Origin: the human T2T-CHM13v2.0 reference genome, Homo sapiens
NCBI RefSeq assembly: GCF_009914755.1
Contig: NC_060925.1
Strand: one strand, 5' to 3'
Length of the DNA stretch: 64,000 bases
The notes beneath the pieces are model-generated. The model was given only the letters and a program-made list of their open reading frames with translations. It searched no databases and was not told where the DNA came from. Made by a program: the position numbers and the translations under genes. Numbering within the stretch: position 1 is the first letter of the stretch; each line of letters starts with the position of its first letter. Below are positions 26,955 through 42,985 of the stretch, in pieces.

Positions 26955-29570
26955 CCTGATAAACTTTCAGTCAAAATGTATCATAAGAGAAAAAGAGAGT
27001 CACTGTATAATGATAAAGGAGTCAATTCATCAAGAGAATATAACAATTGTAAATATATATGCACCCAAAATTGGAACACCTAAATATATTGAGCAAATAT
27101 TAACAGAACTGAAAGGAGAAATAGATGAAATACAATAATGGTAAGAGACTGCAATACCTCACTTTCAACAATGGAGAATCATCAGACAGAAAATCAGTAA
27201 GGAACTAGCAGACTTGAATAACACTATAGACCAAATAAACCTCACAGACATATACAGAACATTCCATTCAACAGCAGTAGATTGTACATTTTTCTCAAGT
27301 GCACATGGAACATTCTCCAGGATGAATGATACTTTAGGCCACGAAACAAGTCTTAACAAATTTAAGAAGATTGAAATCATATCAAGTATCTTTTCTGACC
27401 ACTGAGATATGAAGCTAGAAATCAATAATAGAAGGAAAATTGGAAAATTCACAAATATGTGGAAATTAAACAACATGCTCCTGAACAACCAATGGATTAT
27501 AGAAAAAAATCAAAAGAAAAATTCAAAATATCTTTAGACAAGTGAAAATGGAAACGAAGCATACCAAAACTTATGGGATTCAGCAAAAGCAGTTCTAAAA
27601 GAGAAATATAGAGAGAAAAATGCCTTGATTAAGAAAAAAGAAATATCTCAAATAACCTAACTTTATACCTCAAGGAAATAGAAAAGTAATAAACTAAGCC
27701 CAAAGTTAGCAGAAGGAAGCAAATAATAAAGATTACAGCAGAAATAAATGAAACAGAGCCTAGAAAGACAATAGAAAAGATCAAGAAAACTAAGAGTTGT
27801 TTTTTTGAAAAGATAAAGTCAACAAATCTTTAGCTGGACTAACCAAGGAAAAAGAGAGGACTCAAATAAATAAAATTATAATGGAAAAGGAGACATTACA
27901 ACTGATACCACGAAGTACAAAGGATCATTAAAGAGTATTATAAATAATTATATACCAACCAACTGGATAACCTCAAAGAAATGAATAAATTCCTAGAAGC
28001 ATACAATCTACAAAGACTGAATCAATGAAGAAATAGAAAATCTGAACAGACCAATAACAAGTAAGGAGATTAAATCAGTAATAAAAAAAATCTTCCAACC
28101 AACCAAGAAAAGCCCAGGACCAGAATGTTCCATGGGTCAATTCTACCAAGCTTTTAAAGAAGAATTAACATCAATCCTCAAACGGTTCCAAAAAATTGAA
28201 AAGCAAGAAACACTTCCAACTACAAAATTAGACAAGGCTACTATAAGAAAAAGAAAATTACAGGACAATATCCCTGATAAACATAGATGCAAAAATTTAC
28301 TACTAGCAAACCAAATTCAATAGTACATTGAAAGGATCATTCACCATAATCAAGTTGGATTTATCTCTGGGATGCAAGAATGGTTCAACATACACAGATC
28401 AATAAATGTGATACACCACATTGACAGAATAAAGGTAAAAATTGTGATTAATTCAGCAGATGCAGAAAAGGCGTTAGACAAAATCCAACATCACTTCTTG
28501 ATAAAAACTCTCAACAAATTAGGTATAGCGGGAATGTGCTCAACTCAATAAAGGCCATGTATGCCAAGCCCACAGCTAACATCATTCTCAACAGTGGAAA
28601 GCTGAAAACTTTTTGTATAAGATCAGAAACAAGATGAAGTTGTCACTTCTATTAACACAGTATTGGAAGTTCTATTGAGTCAGAGCAATTAGACAAGAAA
28701 AATAAAAGACATCCAAATCAGAAAAGAATTTAAATTGCCTCTATTTGCAGATAATATGATCTTATATATAGAAAACCTTAAAGACTTCTCAAAAAAATGT
28801 TAGAAATAATCAATGAATTCAGTAAAGTTGCAGGACACAAAACCAACATACAAAAATAAGTTGTATTTCTATGCACTAACAAGAAACTACCCAAAAAATT
28901 AAGAAAACAATCCAAATTACAACCACATGAAAAAGAATAAATTGGAAATAAATATAACCAAGGAAGTGAAAGATCTGTACACTGAAAGCTATAAAACATT
29001 GATGAAATAAATTGAAAAACACACAAATAAATAAATATATTCCATGTTTATGGAATGGATGAATTAATATTGTTAACATGTCCACATTTCCCAAAGCAAT
29101 TTATGGATTGAATGAAATCTAAATTGCAATGGCAACAGCCATTCCAATGGCACTTTTTCATAGAAATCAAAACTCCAATGGAAATTTTATAGAGATGAAA
29201 AACATTCTAAAAATTTTATGGAACCACAAAAGACCCAGCCAAAGCAACCTTGAGAAAAAAGAACAAAGCTGTAGGCATCATACTTCCTGATTTTAAACTA
29301 CATTACAAAGCTATAGTAATCAAAACAGCATGGCACTGGCATAAAAACAGACACAGAATGGAACAGAATAGAGAGCTCAGAAATTAACCTACATATACAC
29401 AGTCAACTAATCTTCATCAAGGGCACTAAGAATACACAATGGGGAAAAGATCATCTCTTCAATAAACGGTGTTGGGAAAACTGGATATTCATATGTAGAT
29501 GAATGAAACTGGATGCTTATCTTACACCACATACAAAAGTTAACTCAAGTGGACTAAAGACTTAAATGAT
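26955..29570 (+). mobile_element. L1 ORF2 remnant (endonuclease to RT/C-terminal region), inactivated
   Basis: Peptide fragments 'HCIMIKESIHQENITIVNIYAP' and 'DQINLTDIYRTFHSTAVDCTFFSSAHGTFSR...SIFSDH', a degenerate RT motif 'ctatttgcagataatatgat' (LFADNM), and many stops and frameshifts. Confidence 0.93.
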
Positions 29571-29814
29571 ACTTTCTGATCAGAACTTCATGCTTGTGAA
29601 GCTGTCATTCATGAGCACCTTTCCCATAGGTAAGCATCCAATAAACTAAAACCTGTACCTCCTTCATCCTGGAACATTCTCTTACCCTCTTGTGGGCTGG
29701 CCTTATCACCTCAGCTACCTTGTAACCTTCTTGCTCAGAAGTTTTGCCTTTTATTTCTCCTGCATTTCTAGCAACACCTGAGGTTGCTGAGAGATAATTA
29801 GTATCTAGCAATGA

Positions 29815-30122
<308 letters not shown>

Positions 30123-30459
30123 TGTAGCATTGATTTCTATTAGTTGCTTTCTTGGAAAAGTCCAGAGAAAATGTTTTGGAGCCTGGACTCTGGAGCCAAC
30201 ACCTGGGTTGAGAATCTTGGTATCACACTTACCACCTAGATGTCCTTGGGGAAGTTGCTCTGATTGTCTATGCCACAGTTTCACCACTTATTAAAGATAA
30301 AAGAATAATGGTGTCTATTATTACAGAACATATTATTATAGATTTATAAAGATACACATATGTATCTATACAGACAGATATGCATCCCACATGTATACAC
30401 ACACACATATACATATATACACACACATACACACACACACACATACACACACACACATA

Positions 30460-31292
<833 letters not shown>

Positions 31293-33599
31293 ATAGATTT
31301 TGATGCTTGCAAGCACAGCGGCAATAGGAACTGACGCAGTGTTATTATAAACGACCCAGAACAGGACCAAGAGCACCATCAGCACCGCGCAGGTCTTCAT
31401 AAGTGACCAACAGAAAGTCCTTCTGAGCTGAGGGTGAAACACAGCTTCCTGAGTTGCTGGAGCATGAAGCTGGCCTGTGGCTCCCGGGGCGATGAGCATG
31501 GCAGCTGCCCAGAGCAGCTGATGAGGAGCCAGAGAGGCTGAAGTTCCCCCGAGAAAACACAGCACCAAGCAGTTAGAATGGACGCACGCACATGCTGACC
31601 GAGCCGCAGTGCATTCCTGACAGTCTCCAAATTCCCTCCCCAAAGGACACCAAGATGGCTCTACCTGTGTGGCTGAGGGAATAATTCCAGTCCAGTTCTG
31701 GGCTTCCGGGGTTCTGGATCCTCCCTTGTGCATGCCACACAGGATATTTTCCACCCAGTTTTGCGTGGGGAACCTCTCCAGCTGCCAGAGCAGAGATCTG
31801 GGATTGCTGCATAGGCACCTGCTCAGGGTTTGCTCTTTAAGGAGGGATTCTCTCTCTCTCTCTCCCTCCCCCACCACCCACCCTTCCCCAACTTGTCGTG
31901 TGTCCCCCCACGACATTCCCCACCTTCGTCTCCCCATAAGCCAGAGCATCACATGCATGGAGAGGTGTCTCTTTACATTTCAGTCGGTTTAGACGGGCTG
32001 GTATGATGAGCATGTCTCTAGGTCTCTGGGTGGAACAGAATAAATAGGATGGTGGCAGGCACAGGCTGCAAGTGCAGCTGTTAAACATGAAGGGGTGGGG
32101 GCTGGAGCACTGTGGTTCTGGGAGAATGGGGAGAGGGACCTGGGGATCCATCTCATGAGGATGACCAGGACAAAGGAGCAACAAAAGACCTTAAAATGCC
32201 AGTCTCACCAGTCTCAGTGAACGCAAGCGGCATCCTAAAAGGGGCCAGCGTGGACGGAATATTTAGAAAACCTTAGTTTGGTAGAGAAAGGAGGAAGAAC
32301 AAGAGAGAGTGGGAGGGAGGAAAAATAGAAGCAAGTGATGATCCCCTGTTACTGTTATAAATGGGTGCTGTTTGCAGTGACAGAGACAAAAGTGTCCACA
32401 ATTCACTCCTGGCCTTCACAAAGTGGAATGGGGAGGAAAAGGCAGCAACCACAGCCACAGAATTCACTCCAACCAGAGCAAGCCCAGTGCACAAGGCCCA
32501 GCTTGGAGGCCCCTAAAACTGCCCTTAGGGAGTCGGCCCCCCAGAAGGAATGATCCTAAGCTCTTCTTCCCAGGAGTGTGGGGTCACATGCTCAGATCCA
32601 CTCCCTCCACTTCACAGCCCTCATTCTGCAATGACGGCCTCGCCTGGGGCCCAACTGTATTTACGACTTTCACATGGTGTCAGGGAGCTGCCCTCCCCCA
32701 AAGAGTAAGGTTTACTCAGCAAGAACAGGTGCCCAAAAACCCCTGTGTGCCTGAACCCATGAGCAGCCTGCAGGACCCCTGCCCTACATGCCCGTGACTC
32801 AAATCCCACCCCTGCCAGGGAACAGACCCCAATCAGAACAGAACCTGGCGTGAGAGAGGGTGATTTTCATGGAACCTCCCACACACACACACAGAAAACA
32901 CTCCCCGTCCTACCATCCAGGGAGTAAACCTCCTCCACTCAAAAAAGCATCCTCCTCTTTCTCCTCTCCTCCAGCTCCAGCTCATCAGAAAGCACCCACA
33001 GCAGACAGTGACACAAAAGCAAAGAGCAGGTCCCACGTCTCCTCGAAAGGTGCAGAAATGCGATATCGTCAAGCATGCTTGATCTCGGTGGTGGGGACAA
33101 TGGCAACTGAGGTGAGGCTGAGACCGAACAGGACACCATGGGCATTTGCCAGGGGTTCACCGTGTGCCCCCAGCACTGTGCATTTTCTCGTTTATCCCAG
33201 CAACAGCCCTGTGAGGTGGGATGATGGTGATCTTCATCTGACATCTGAGGAAACGGGGTTGGGGGATCCTACATGACTCCCCCAGGCCCCACCAGGGAGG
33301 GGCAGAGCTGGGATTCCAGGCTGGCTGGGGCTGCAGAGCCAGGCTCTATGCTGGCGTGGCCCCGTCTCTCTCCACCATGACACCATTGGACAAGTTGGCT
33401 TAGAAAAACTAAGACAAAAGTTTTTGAGGAAGGAACGTTCAAACCAGAATGTTTGCATCCAGGACTCAAGATACTCAGACAGAAGAGTCTTGAGGATTGT
33501 TGAGAGCAATCCCTCATTTTGCAGAGAAGACACATGGCCTTGTGTGGTCAAAGCTCACTCAGCTTCATGGCAAGGCGATGATGACCACTTTGATAATGG

Positions 33600-34275
<676 letters not shown>

Positions 34276-34636
34276 AGCAGCCATGACCGAACTGGGCTGG
34301 AACCCTTGTCTCCAGATCCTGTCTTCAGGGGCCAACAAAACCCACAGACAGAAGAAAGCGCATTTCCAGACGCAACCTTGCTCATGTAGGTAGAGAAGCG
34401 AGTCCACATGGAACTGGATGGAGCCTGGAATGCACCAATGGGCAGCTCTCCCACCTTCACGGATGCAGCAAAGGCGATGGATGGGAGGGGTTGCCGTCCG
34501 AAGGGAGACGCGGAAGGCCTGCGGCTTTGCAGGGAAGTTACTTGCTGATATATCATCGATTTAATTGTTTCTTTTTCCCCAGAGAGCTCCCCCAGCAGGA
34601 TTTTGCACACATTTCATCCCTTAAAAAACTCACAGA

Positions 34637-34994
<358 letters not shown>

Positions 34995-35469
34995 TTAGTT
35001 AAGGAAACAAAGAATGGACGCCCTGGGCTGACCCCACACCACATTCAGCCCAGGGGCTGGCTCTCCAAAATCAAGATCCAGAGATGATTTGGAAGGGTGA
35101 TCTTCTTTCGGACAATTACTGGTTTCTCATTCGAGGTCAGCTGGTTGAAATATTAGCATTTGTAAAGCAGGAAATTGGATAAGGCGACCCTCCTGCCGGC
35201 TGGGGACTCTCTTGTGGAGTCCATGTGTGGAGACCAGTGAGCAGGTGCCCCACATGCCCTGAACCCCAAACTCAAGCCGGGTCCATCACGAGTGCCTGGG
35301 CAGGGCTGGTGCCTGATGTCCCCTGGGAGCAGGTGCGGTGGAGCAGGGGCAGCCCCCTCAGTGGAAAGGAGGTTGGGCAGACAGAGCTGAGCCTGCTGCA
35401 ATCCTAGACCATCCCTGCTGGAGGAAGCCCTGCGCCAGCACACTGGGCCATGAGACAGGCCCCAGGTCC

Positions 35470-35838
35470 CTGTTAGTCTGCTGGGCCTACCACGATGAAA
35501 TACCACAGACTGGGCAGTTAAACAACCGACATTTATTTTTACCTATTTGTGATCTCAAAGTAAAAGATCAAGGCGTTCGTGGCTTTGGTGTCTCCTGGGC
35601 TTGCAGGTGGTCCCCTTCCCACTGTGGCTTCACATGGCCTTTCTTCTGCACGAGAGCATCCTTGCTGTCTCTTCCTCTCCTTATGAGGATATCAGTCCAA
35701 TCAGACAAGGGTCCCACCCTTATGACACTGTTTAACCTTCAATCTCCTGAAAGGTCCTGTCTCCAAATACAGTGACATTGAGGGTGAGGGCTTCAACCTA
35801 TGAATTAGTGGAGAGGAGGCGCAACGGAGCCTGTAACA
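35470..35838 (-). mobile_element. MLT1A/B-like LTR
   Basis: 'ataccacagactgggcagttaaacaac' and 'cctgtctccaaatacagtgacatt'. Confidence 0.75.
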
Positions 35839-38370
35839 GTGCCCCGGCCGGTTTGTCTAGGCAGCTCACCCAGCCCGGGGAGCCCTGGAAGCATTCTTTT
35901 CCCTACATCCACTTGCAAGCTTCTACTTGACATGTGTTTTCTCTCACCCTGTTATCTTTCAGAAGAAGGGAAAAGAAAACAGAAACAGACATGAAAGCAG
36001 AGTGGAAATTCAGTCACCCAGGATCCAGCTAGCAACACTCTTCAATTACCTGGGAATGGTTTCCCCATCCTGCTCTGGGGAGAGAGAGGCGCTGACAAGA
36101 AAGGCTGACTCATGCCAGAGGGCTTGTTTGAGAAATGAAAGAGTTTGAAGGGTTCATCCTGGGGCCAGAAGAGAAGCCGCGCAGCCCCCCGCACCTTGCA
36201 CACCATCCCTGGATAACCAGGTGCTGCATGCGGAATGCAGGCTTGACAACTGCCCCCGCCGCCCCCAGGCTCCATCTTGGGCCTGCATGGGCTTCCCAAG
36301 GCAAGGAGGGGAAACCAGGACTCGGTGATTTTCCACAACAAATTCTGCAAAACAGAGATTTTTCCTCTCCCCCCATTAACCCCAAAGTGCCCAGAAAATT
36401 AATGAAGCAGAAATCCCTGCTCCCTGGACATTCCAGGGACCAGAAGCCAGACTCTAATATGGCGAGAGATAATAGGAGGGCCACGGATTAGCTGTGCCTC
36501 TTGATTCAGCTCCCCCAGGCACCCTTTGATGCTGCTCTTCAATTCTTCTCGGCACAGCTCCTGACTCAGGCCCCAGCCTCTGTCTATCTCGCTGGCATCT
36601 CTCTCAGAGTGAAGCCAAGGATTAGCTAATATTTGCAGATAGAAAGGGCTCCCTACAGAATAAACATGAATACCATTATGGCTGGGTCTCTGGCCGGTCT
36701 CAGATCTAATTGCAAAACCTTGTTGCCCTTTCAGGCACAGCCAAGAATAACAGAGAAGGCAGAGAAGGAACTCTGGTTCCAACTCCAGAGCCAGCGCACA
36801 CAGACGTCTCTGCACAGCACAGGGAATGGGCGTTCATCCTGAAACCAGTCCTCAGTGCAGAGCCTCCCACGGGTGAGAGACCAAGCCCAGCAAATGGTTT
36901 TCAAAGTTCAACCAGACAAAGATGAAACCACCCTGGAAGGTGTCACCCTTGAGCCTCCTCCTGCCATGTGACCCTGAGGGGAAGTTCAGGGGCAGAGGGG
37001 AGACATCTGGATTTGGGGTTGGTAGGTTCCCACAACTGGACACTGACCTGGCTTACGCTCAGATGCACAGGGCTGCAGTTGCCAGCTGTAAGTCCCAAGT
37101 CCCAGAAAAGGAAGAGAAGGTGCCTCATGCATGTTCATTTCATTCCTTCAGTCACCTGGCAAGCATGAGGCCCACACCTAGCATTGGCAGGCCTAGGGCA
37201 GGAGCCCCCTGGAGGCCCATATATAAATCACACTAACAAACCACTCAATAAAACATGTTCTATCCTCTGACCTTGACAAATATACTTCCTGATGACCCAG
37301 AAGGCAAGGTCTAAATTTAGAATTCTCCAACTCCGTAAAGTTAAGCATCAGAATACACGTGGCAGCAGGAATTGTGATGCTTAAGAGTGGGTCCACGCTC
37401 TGGCTCTGCCCCAGCTCTCCTCACCCCATCTCTATCCTGCACAAGGACACACCCTGTCCTGGCGGGAGTACCCGAGGCCATACGAGCCCAGACCCAGCGC
37501 TATCCGCATCCTCCACTAACAGCCCCTTTGCCACTGGTTTGTCCCAGGAAGGTGGATTCAAGTAGGCCCTAAAAACAGCTCAAGATTTAGATCTGGGAAT
37601 CCTGGAGCTGCAGATACCGGAGCATGAGCTAAAGAGAGGGACAGTCACAGACTCTAGATTAACAGGTCCCCTGGTCATGCAGACTCCCACTCAGATGCAG
37701 GAGGTCAGGGTGTGTCTTCAGGGCCCAGCCACTCTGAGGCTGGACACAGCGCTGGGCCCAGCACAGATGCCATCCCCCATCAGTCTCCTCTGCTGATGGC
37801 CACTAAGCCAAGAGGGACAGGGAGGCAGCCACCTCAACTCCCCACAGCAAACCCTTTGGGTACAAAGTGAGATGTAAACAAATTAATAATGAGAGTAATG
37901 GAAGTGACACCACCACATCTCCTTTGTTCTAAGACACTCATTCTCGTTTCTCCGTTTAGCTTGTCTGGAACTGGGACATATTTTATAATTATGATGAATG
38001 CTAAATATAATGGGGTTTCACTTGCTCTCCCTGGGTGCTGTTGTTAAGTCGATGTTGCCCCCTACAGGAAAAGGCATTTTAGAATTGGGGGCTCTAGGAG
38101 ATCGCAGTGGGAGCCTGGTCTTTGTTCTCACTCAGCAGGGCGGAGATCTTCCGTGAGTCCGGGAACCAGAGGTGTCAAGTGGTGGCCCACTGTGGGCCGT
38201 GCAGGAGCTCAGGAGCTGAGGACTGGGGGGCATGTGCTGGAGGGTCAGGGTAGGGCTCCCTCCTTCCTCACCTGGGTGCAGAAAGCTTCTTACCTGGAGC
38301 AGGGCACCTGCAACAGATGGGGAATCCTGAATCCTGGGCTTCAACCCCAACCTTCCCTCCCACTGAGTAA

Positions 38371-38695
<325 letters not shown>

Positions 38696-40087
38696 AAAGC
38701 CACACATTTTACTCATATTTCCCTGCATCGATAGCACAGACATGGAGGGGAACCCTGAGGCCCGGGCTCTGCTAGCTCAGCTCAGCACCGCTTCTCCACC
38801 AAAGGTGACTTCTGGCAATCGCTCCTCGCTCCAGCCATTAAATATTCTAGAAAGAGAAGAAGTTCATTTCCTCAGAAGCAGGCAGGAGCTGCGACTCGCC
38901 CTTTCAATCAATAACTGATTATCTTGCTTGCAAATTCAATTCACTGCCTGAAACCAGTCTCTCCTGATGGATCCTGACAAGTGCAATTGTTTTAGCAGAG
39001 TCTGTCAAAGAGAGAGGCCTCCCAGGGCGGGCAGATTCCATTCTGGTCCAGGCTTTTCAGGGAGGGGGAGAGGAGTCACCTGCTCCATGTCATTCATCTT
39101 CCAGGATCCACCAACCGTGAGCCCCCATCTCTGGAAAGCAGTGGAGCGTGGGAATTGCTTTATCTAAACTCACCCGTCTGCTCAAAAGCATGGGCTGTGG
39201 GTGGGGGAGCCCCTGGTGCCCCCAACAGAAGAGGGGATGACAAACGAACCTCTCACGTATGTGGGTTCCTCTAAGCACTTAAGCAGGAAAGGATGCATGA
39301 GGTTTGCAGATGACAGATTATGCTGGCTGGCTTTCCAAAGCCAAGCTCCGGGCAATGTGGGTGACAGGACCAACTCCCTTCCCTGACAGGGCTGCATGTT
39401 ACAATGGCACCAGGAGACAAAGAGTCTTTTCTATTCATTCATTTATTCATTCATTCACTTATTCACTACCATCGCCCAGGTTTCATGCTGAGTCCTCTGG
39501 ATACCACAGAATGAAAGTTCCTTGTCCTTGAGGGGGACCATACATTCATTCAGTTCATTCCCCATGTGTTAAGCCTGAACAATGGCCCCAAACTTTTTAA
39601 GCCCTACTTAAGAACACAACTCAGTCTCTACATCCAGAATAACTCCTGACTCCTAGCCATAATCCAAAGCAGAATGAGATTAGGGTCTTCAGAGACACAC
39701 ATGATGAGATTTCAGACCATGTAGCCCAGAACCCCTCAGAATTTGTTCAAGGATTCCAAAAATGATTCTACAAAATTTCACTGTAATTAAATTTAAACTA
39801 TTTTTAGAGGTAATGAAAAATCAACACATTCCCAAAGGTGTTAAAGGAAAAGTTTCACACGTCACAGACCAGCAGGCTGTTTCCTGACTGACAGGCCACC
39901 TCCTTCCTAGGGCGAACCTGGAACCAAGGCTCTGGCACTCTTCCTGAGGATTCGGGATTGATTAAGTGTGTCGTGGATAAGGAGGGCTGAAGGTACACTC
40001 TGGCAGCACTCACACCCTGGGCTCCGTTAATGCTGGGCAAGGGTCAGGCTCAAGTGCATAAAGCTCATTCTCATTACAAGGGAGAAA

Positions 40088-40419
40088 CCAGCAAGCATGG
40101 GGTGCGGAGACGCAGCATGGGGTGTGGAAGATGCAGATGTGGTGTGGAGACGCAGTATGGGGTGCAGGAACGCAGCATGGGGTGCAGGGATGCAGTATGC
40201 GGTGTAGAGACGCAGCATGGGGTGCGGGGATGCAGTATGGGGTGTGGAGACGCGGCACGGGATGTGGAGACGCAGCATGGGGTGTGGGAGACGCGGCATG
40301 GGGTGTGGGGACGCGGCATGGGGTGTGGGGACGCAGCATGGGGTGTGGGAGACGCGGCATGGGGTGTGGAGACGCGGCATGGGGTGTGGAGACGCGGCAT
40401 GGGGTGTGGGAGACGCAGC
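40088..40419. repeat. Minisatellite, ~16 copies of a 20-21-bp unit (GACGCRGCATGGGGTGTGG[G]A)
   Basis: Directly visible tandem array. Confidence 0.95.
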
Positions 40420-41061
40420 AGGAGAAGCAGGAGATTCTGTCACTCTGGAATCAGTTTAAATGGTTACTTAAAACCTGAAGGATTCCTATCGAACTTTCAT
40501 CTTAATCATAAGGAGCATAAATCTGTCTTCCAAGCCTTGGTACCAATTTAATTGGAAAGAATCTTGGGATTGCAAGGTGGACTTTTTAAAGATTGTTTTT
40601 CTTTGTAGCCACATTCTAGGAGAATCGAGACTTTCCTGGCATGTTTCAACTGAAAAAAGCTTTGGAAATAAGGGGGATGCTGAAATGTCTTTCATAATCC
40701 CGAATTTTAAAATGTCACGTGCATCAAAATAGCTTCATCGTTTTGCTGTGATAAGTAGATGCTATGCATCTGAACTATTAAGACTAAATTGGATGCCAAT
40801 ACAATACTGATTTAATCTCCCTTAATTACTTTTTCTTATGTTTGCTGTGAAAAACCTTCAAACATACAGCAGAGTACAGGGAAGAGTATAATGATCTCCC
40901 ACATGCCCACAGTCCTGGGTTTAACCCCCTGTGTGTGTGCTCGCAGTGAGACCAGACTGCATGGATTATGTTCACCGACATATCCCCAGCAGTTTAAGTT
41001 CACAATGAGTACTTGCTTAATGAGTGAATGCACTTATTACCAATGTATGAGGGAAAGTTCC

Positions 41062-41424
41062 TGTATTGGTCTGTTCTCACACTGCAATGAAGAAATACCC
41101 AAGACTGGGTAATTTATAAAGAAAAGAGGTTTAACTGACTCACAGTTCTGCATGGCTAGGGAGGCCTCAGGAAACTTACAACCATGATGGAAGTCACCTC
41201 TTCACAGGGTGGCAGGAGAAAGAATGAGTGCCAGCGGGGGAAATGCCAGATGCTTATAAAACTATCAGATTTCATGAGAACTCACTCACTAGCAGGAGAA
41301 CAGCATGGGGGAAACCACCTCCATGATTCAATTACCTCCCACCGGGTCCCTCCCACAACATGTGGAGATAATGGGATTACAATTCAAGATGAGATTTGCG
41401 TGGGGACACAGGCAAACCATATCA
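41062..41424 (-). mobile_element. THE1D/MSTA-like solo LTR
   Basis: Runs 'tgtattggtctgttctcacactgc' to 'ggcaaaccatatca'. Confidence 0.88.
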
Positions 41425-41757
41425 GTGCTGTCATGGCCACAAATCAGGCTGGCAGGGTTCAGATCCTGCCTCTGCTGCTTCTTGGCTGTGTGACCCAGGG
41501 CAAGCTCCCTAACTTCTCTAATGGCTCCGTCCATTGATAATCTTTGCCTGAATCCATTATTCCAGTCAGGGCTTAAAAAAATGTATTTTCTAACAATACT
41601 TTCCCATTTATTAGCTAAGATTCTTCTCTTAAGCACTATCCCACATCAACCAGGGCTATATATTTCTGATCAGTAAAGAATAATTGGCTAATTCTTTCCC
41701 TTTAATTGTTTTTAACAGTAAGAATTTTGTGTTTCCAAGGGCTGTCAATGGATTATT

Positions 41758-42901
41758 CTTTTCCTCTCTCTCTCCCTCTCTCTCTCATATCTATCTCTTT
41801 CTCTTATCTCTCTCCCATCTTTCTCTCTCTCTCATCTCTATCTCTTTCTCTCTCATCTCTCTTCCATCTCTATATCTTTCTCTCTCTCATCTCTATCTCT
41901 TTCTCTCATCTCTCTCCCATCTCTATCTCTTTCTCGCTCTATCTCTTTCTCTCATCTCTCTCCCATCTTTCTCTCTCTCTTATCTCTATCTCTTTCTCTC
42001 TCTCATCTCTCTCCCATCTCTGTCTCTCTCATCTCTATCTCCTTCTCTCTCATCTCTCATCTCACTCGTCTCTATCTCTTTTTCTCTCTCATCTCTCTCC
42101 TATCTCTATCTCTCTCTCATCTCTATCTCTTTCTCTCTCTCATCTCTCTCCCATCTCTCTCTTTCTCTCTCTCATCTCTCTTTCTCTCCCTCATCTCTCT
42201 CCTATCTCTCTTTCTCTCATCTCTGTCTCTTTCTGTCTCTTATCTCTCTCCCATCTCTCGCTGATCTCTTTCTCTCTCTCATCTCTGTCTCTTTCTTCTC
42301 TCTCATCTCTCTCCCATCTCTATTTCTTTCTCTCTCTCATCTCTCTCCCATCTTTCTCTCTCTCATCTCTCTTACATCTCTATCTCTTTCTCTCTCTCTC
42401 ATCTCTATCTCCTTCTCTCTCTCCCTCTCTCTCTCCCTCTCTCTCATGTCTATCTCTCTCTCTCATCTCTATCTCTCTCTCATCTCTCTCCCATCTTTCT
42501 CTCCCATCTCTCTTACATCTCTATCTCTTTCTCTCTCATCTCTATCTCTCTCCCATCTTTCTCTCTCCCATCTCTCTTACATCTCTATCTCTTTTTCTCA
42601 TCTCTATCTCTTTCTATCTCTCATCTCTCTTTCATCTCTCTCCCATCTCTATCTCTTTCTCTCATCTCTGTCTCTTTCTGTCTCTCTCATCTCTCTCCCA
42701 TCTTTCTGTCTGTCGTCTCTCTTTCTCTCTCTCTCCTCTCTCCCATCTGTTTCTTTCTCTCTCATCTCTTTCTTTCTCTCTGATCTCTATCTCTTTCTCT
42801 CTCTCATCTCTATCTCTTTCTCTATTATCTTTGTCTCATCTCTCTCTCATCTCTCTCTTTCTCTCTCATCTCTGTCTTTCTCTCTCTCTCTCATCTCTCT
42901 C

Positions 42902-42939
<38 letters not shown>

Positions 42940-42985
42940 TCTATCTCTTGCTTTCTCTCTCTCTTATCTCTGTCTCTTTCTCTCA
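41758..42985. repeat. ~1.2-kb degenerate (CT)n polypyrimidine tract
   Basis: Recurrent 'ctcatctctctcccatct' and 'ctctatctctttct' modules, with very few G on the + strand. Confidence 0.95.

Noticed and set aside
26875-29094. L1 ORF2 peptides as a functional CDS
   Set aside because: Fragmented by stops and frameshifts, with a degenerate RT motif.
40088-40419. CRISPR-like array
   Set aside because: Head-to-tail units with no unique spacers, in primate DNA.
40010-40551. Several overlapping repetitive ORFs on both strands
   Set aside because: Translations of the minisatellite, open in many frames.
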